From Candidatus Helarchaeota archaeon (GTDB taxonomy: Archaea > Asgardarchaeota > Lokiarchaeia > Helarchaeales > RDOG01): DNA of 19,822 bases. Below the pieces are notes generated by a model. It was not told the origin of the DNA, made no database searches, and worked only from the letters and a program-made list of their open reading frames with translations. Made by a program: the position numbers and the translations under genes. This document shows, one piece after another, positions 16,531 to 19,822 of this stretch. Positions within the stretch are counted from its first letter, which is position 1; each line of letters opens with the position of its first letter. The DNA lies in contig JALGVI010000054.1 in the NCBI GenBank assembly GCA_029838215.1, forward strand, positions 1-19,822. The letters are read 5' to 3'.

Positions 16531-17370
16531 ATGAAATATGCAATTAGTAATTGGATATACGGTTCTGAACCGCTTAGTAAGTCAATTGAACGGTTAATCC
16601 GGTATGATTATGATGGAATCGAAATTAAAGGAACCCCAGAGGAATATGACCTAAACCAAGTAAAGGATTTATTGTCCACGACAAAACTAAAAGTATCTTC
16701 GGTTTGTGGCATGTGGCCGTGGGATGCAAATAATCACATGAATAGTCATGACCTTGCAAATCCCGATCCAAAAGTCCGTGATCACGCCTTGGAATATGTT
16801 GAAAGATGTCTGGAATTCGGTAATAGCTTGGGTGCAAAATGCATGGTCGTAGTAGTAGGTGGTTGTGGCAAGACGATGCAATTACATGAGAAAGAGTGGG
16901 AATACGGCGTTGAAAACGTGAAAAAAGCGGCAAAAAAAGCACGAGATACAGGAGTGACGATAGCTATCGAACCGATCAACCGCTATGAGCTCTTCCTAAT
17001 GAATAATGTCGAACAAGGCTTGAGATTCGTCCAAGAGGTAAATGCAGAATCGGTGAAATTAATGCTTGATACCTTTCACATGAATATTGAAGAGGCGGAT
17101 CTTCCTGCGGCAATCCGGAAGGCGTCATCATCTCTCGTGCATCTACACGTGGCAGATAGCAACCGGCAGTCTGTTGGGCGGGGACATATTGACTTTAAAG
17201 GAATAATGCGGTCCTTGAAAGAAATCGAATTCTCCGGATATTTAGCGATGGAACCCTTACCTCCAACTTCAGCAAATGTATACGATCTTTCGCAATTAAA
17301 TCCTCACCTTCTCGATCAATATGCCGAAGAATGCATCGCTCAACTCAGGTTTTTTGAGAAAACTATTTAA
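16531..17370 (+). CDS. Sugar phosphate isomerase/epimerase, D-psicose/D-tagatose 3-epimerase-like (TIM barrel)
   Basis: YDGIEI, AIEPINRYE, MLDTFHMNIEE, HLHVADSNR...GRGHIDF and YLAME, with the metal ligands E, D, H, E present. I chose the ATG at 16531 for the AGGTG SD overlapping the previous stop. Confidence 0.9.
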   Translation: MKYAISNWIYGSEPLSKSIERLIRYDYDGIEIKGTPEEYDLNQVKDLLSTTKLKVSSVCGMWPWDANNHMNSHDLANPDPKVRDHALEYVERCLEFGNSLGAKCMVVVVGGCGKTMQLHEKEWEYGVENVKKAAKKARDTGVTIAIEPINRYELFLMNNVEQGLRFVQEVNAESVKLMLDTFHMNIEEADLPAAIRKASSSLVHLHVADSNRQSVGRGHIDFKGIMRSLKEIEFSGYLAMEPLPPTSANVYDLSQLNPHLLDQYAEECIAQLRFFEKTI

Positions 17371-17380
17371 TTTTTATTTT
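17371..17380 (+). terminator. Candidate oligo-T terminator ending the GTPase-chaperonin-epimerase unit
   Basis: TTTTTATTTT directly after the TAA at 17370. Confidence 0.3.
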
Positions 17381-17507
17381 GATCGAATTTTTACATGAAA
17401 ATTAACTTCTCCCATCATCTCCAATTCATTTCTTCTTTAATAACCTGAGACATCGCTGTAAATTACAAGATAATTGAAAATGAAAGAAATAATCGGTCAT
17501 TGATCAA

Positions 17508-18965
17508 ATGGAAGAATACAAAAAGTTATATGGTTTTGCAGTCAAGGAATACAAGGAAAAGAAGCCAAAGAACATTCAAGGTTATATGATCAAGAAAAGA
17601 AGTATTTTTTCGAAGGGTTTTTCGCCTTCTTTTCAATTACAATCCCAATTAACCCTTCAGATTTCATATTTAATCATCGTGAACTATGGCTCTACCGTTC
17701 GCGTGTATTATTTTTCTTCCGAATTACTTCAATTAGGGGCAAAAAATCTGAATTCTAAAGAATTCATGAAGATGATGAAAAAAATCAAAAAATCTGTTAA
17801 AAAAATCTTCGAAGTCCCGCATAAGACGAAAGAACAATTGATAGAGGAAAAACGCACGGCATATTCTAAGATAATTTCCCATCTAAAGCATCTACGTTTG
17901 GACTTCAAGGAATTGCAGGAAAAATTCGATCGAGAACATAAGGCGATTCGAAAAAAAACAGGCTTGAAAGGAAAATTGAAAACGGTCACTCTTACAGACA
18001 AAAAATTAACGAATATAAAACGATTTGGAGTAATGATAAAGGAAAGTTACCTATATATATCACTTTATTGTTTGAATTCGAAATATCTCAATATTATAGT
18101 CTTTCGAGAAATAATTCTCTCATTACTACCAGGCTGGATCGATGATTCGTTAAAAATTGACCTTGCATTTTTAGGCACCTGCTGCCTGATATCAGCTACT
18201 GAACGTGATTTGCTCCTTGAAAAATGGTCGCCACCGGGTGATCCAAATTTGATCCGTATGCTTGATGGAGAAAAACTCGTTCCAATAATTGGCTTTCTTG
18301 CATATCTCAATAAATATATTGACATACCATCACTTACTGAAGAAGAAACCAAAATATTATTTAGATTAATGCTTGAGGAACATTCTCGTGGACACGCATG
18401 GATGGCAGAACGCTTTTTTTCTAATCTCGTCCCAGATAATGAAATAACTCGCGATATCTTTATTGCAAAGCGGCTGCTTTTTAGATTTTTAAGTGGAGAA
18501 CATGTAGAAGCAAATCAAATTAAATTTGGGACTTTCAGCAAGCCGTGTCTATCCTTAGCCACGCGAAAATTATTCGATTTTTATGAAACCTATCAAAGAT
18601 TAGAAAAGATTCCAAGAGGGTTGAATCATCTCATCCAAGACGTGTTGAAAAAGATAAATCCTGTCCAAATAACTAGGAATTTCACTCGAAAAGACAAATC
18701 GTGGATAGAATTATCAATTATAATTTCAAATAATTCCGACTTGATTCTTGCTCCAAAAAAAATTAGAGATTCAAGCTATTCAGGACTTGACGTCAAGGGA
18801 GATTTAAATTTCAAAAAACTCTATCCCGAATCAGTCATGGAGTTAAAAATTCAAGTAAATTTACCAGAAGGGCAAAGTTTTACTCTTTCCCCAATTCAAC
18901 TAACATTGATTGATGATTTTAAAAATGAATATCACGTCAAGGTTCCATCCATGATGATTCATTAA
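17508..18965 (+). CDS. Hypothetical multidomain protein: basic N-terminal region, helical core, C-terminal Ig-like beta-sandwich
   Basis: 485 aa uninterrupted ORF. The last ~98 aa (ITRNF...IELSIIISNNSD...KIRD...KKLYPESVMELKIQV...FTLSPIQLTLIDDFKNEY) have the alternating pattern of DUF11/CARDB/TRAP-beta-like Ig folds. No signal peptide or TM helix is evident. Confidence 0.65.
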   Translation: MEEYKKLYGFAVKEYKEKKPKNIQGYMIKKRSIFSKGFSPSFQLQSQLTLQISYLIIVNYGSTVRVYYFSSELLQLGAKNLNSKEFMKMMKKIKKSVKKIFEVPHKTKEQLIEEKRTAYSKIISHLKHLRLDFKELQEKFDREHKAIRKKTGLKGKLKTVTLTDKKLTNIKRFGVMIKESYLYISLYCLNSKYLNIIVFREIILSLLPGWIDDSLKIDLAFLGTCCLISATERDLLLEKWSPPGDPNLIRMLDGEKLVPIIGFLAYLNKYIDIPSLTEEETKILFRLMLEEHSRGHAWMAERFFSNLVPDNEITRDIFIAKRLLFRFLSGEHVEANQIKFGTFSKPCLSLATRKLFDFYETYQRLEKIPRGLNHLIQDVLKKINPVQITRNFTRKDKSWIELSIIISNNSDLILAPKKIRDSSYSGLDVKGDLNFKKLYPESVMELKIQVNLPEGQSFTLSPIQLTLIDDFKNEYHVKVPSMMIH

Positions 18966-18997
18966 ATACCTTGACCGGTTTGAAAATCATAAAAGGA

Positions 18998-19822
18998 TCA
19001 TGCCGTGATCTTCGGTTTCGTTCTATAACCGCCTTTTTGCCATAAGAATTTGTAAACGTGGTCTTTTCTGTGTTCCACCAAGAAGCAGCAAAGCACGATG
19101 GCAGGAATGGAAAAGAGACTAACGGCGAAGAAGCCAAACTGAAAGTTTTCAAATGAAATGAATAGGAACAAACCTGCCAAGATGGGTCCAATAGTCCCCC
19201 CTATTGAAAAACCTGCATTTAATATCCCCATGCCCTTTGCACGATCCTCGGGAATGGTTACATCTATGACATAGGCATTGCAACCACTGATGATGGCAGA
19301 CCACGAAATTGCCATGGTGACTTGAAAAGGAATGATTTGCAAGGATGTTACAGAAACACCATAACCGATGGAGGTTATCATCGTTCCAATTACGCCCATT
19401 AAAATGACATTCCGCCGTCCAATCTTGTCCACCAACATTCCAATCGGTATCATTAAAAATACTTGTAAAAACGAATTTAAAGAGAAGATAAAGCCGCGTT
19501 CAAAGCCCGTTATGTTTAACCGCAAGCCCAAATAGTTTGGAAGTAACGAAATCACGCTACCTTGACTCGTTAGGTGCCGAAATATGATTATCATGGCAAC
19601 AAATAATAAAAATGGCTTGGCAATTCGGAAATGAGATTCCATTTTTTCCTTTTTAAGCGGATCTTCTTTTTTCTTGCTAATAGAATGCGGTTCTTTGACG
19701 AAAATGAGAATTACTGCCGAGATTAAAGGAAAACATCCGAACAATATGTATATGTAATTTAACATGAACATGGATAAAGTCTCTCCAAGTAAAACACCAC
19801 TGGCCCATCCTAGAGAATTAAA
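18998..19822 (-). CDS. MFS transporter (partial: 5' end lies beyond the window edge)
   Basis: Multiple TM helices, MFS motif A GMLVDKIGRR, and EDRAKGMGILNAGFSIGGTIGPILAG. The frame stays open from 19771 to the window end (FNSLGWASGVLLGETLS), so the track's ATG at 19771 is internal. Confidence 0.9.
   Translation of the reverse strand, partial: FNSLGWASGVLLGETLSMFMLNYIYILFGCFPLISAVILIFVKEPHSISKKKEDPLKKEKMESHFRIAKPFLLFVAMIIIFRHLTSQGSVISLLPNYLGLRLNITGFERGFIFSLNSFLQVFLMIPIGMLVDKIGRRNVILMGVIGTMITSIGYGVSVTSLQIIPFQVTMAISWSAIISGCNAYVIDVTIPEDRAKGMGILNAGFSIGGTIGPILAGLFLFISFENFQFGFFAVSLFSIPAIVLCCFLVEHRKDHVYKFLWQKGGYRTKPKITA

Noticed and set aside
124-18352. The many 60-146 aa antisense or alternate-frame ORFs in the track (e.g. 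4981-5385, 6148-6588, 11613-11933, 15866-16237, 16625-16942)
   Set aside because: They lie wholly inside well-supported genes, have no recognisable motifs and look like shadow ORFs.
18998-19771. A 257-aa half-size MFS protein starting at 19771
   Set aside because: The frame is open to the window edge, so this is the C-terminal part of a longer transporter.
1-19822. CRISPR arrays, tRNA/rRNA genes, IS elements, integrases
   Set aside because: I saw no regularly spaced repeats, cloverleaf-compatible GC-rich segments, transposase motifs or terminal inverted repeats. Intergenic gaps are short and AT-rich.

Overview
A gene-dense, AT-rich archaeal window that almost certainly comes from an Asgard archaeon. 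This is an inference from the density of eukaryotic-signature domains: a longin-roadblock fusion, a stand-alone roadblock, a strongly Rab-like GTPase and a uDENN-like/GTPase fusion. Most of the window is housekeeping or accessory redox and metabolic genes: a geranylgeranyl-reductase-like and a phytoene-desaturase-like flavoprotein, a DUF89 phosphatase, a QueG-like Fe-S protein, an LLM/F420-type oxidoreductase, an ADP-forming acyl-CoA synthetase alpha subunit, an NPP-family phosphodiesterase, a DUF362 Fe-S protein, a ketose 3-epimerase-like enzyme and a partial MFS transporter. There is also a truncated FAD-oxidase remnant. The standout is a tightly packed plus-strand cluster at 12799-17370. 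It encodes (1) a Rab-like GTPase with all five RabF-like motifs plus a TPR-like hairpin and a C4 zinc ribbon, (2) a folliculin/SMCR8-type uDENN-like domain fused to a second Rab-like GTPase, (3) a divergent group II chaperonin whose GDGTTT ATPase motif is changed to GDGSKT, reminiscent of the BBS10-type atypical chaperonins, and (4) a sugar epimerase. I found no rRNA, tRNA, CRISPR array or intact mobile element. All family assignments come from motif recognition by eye, not from database searches.
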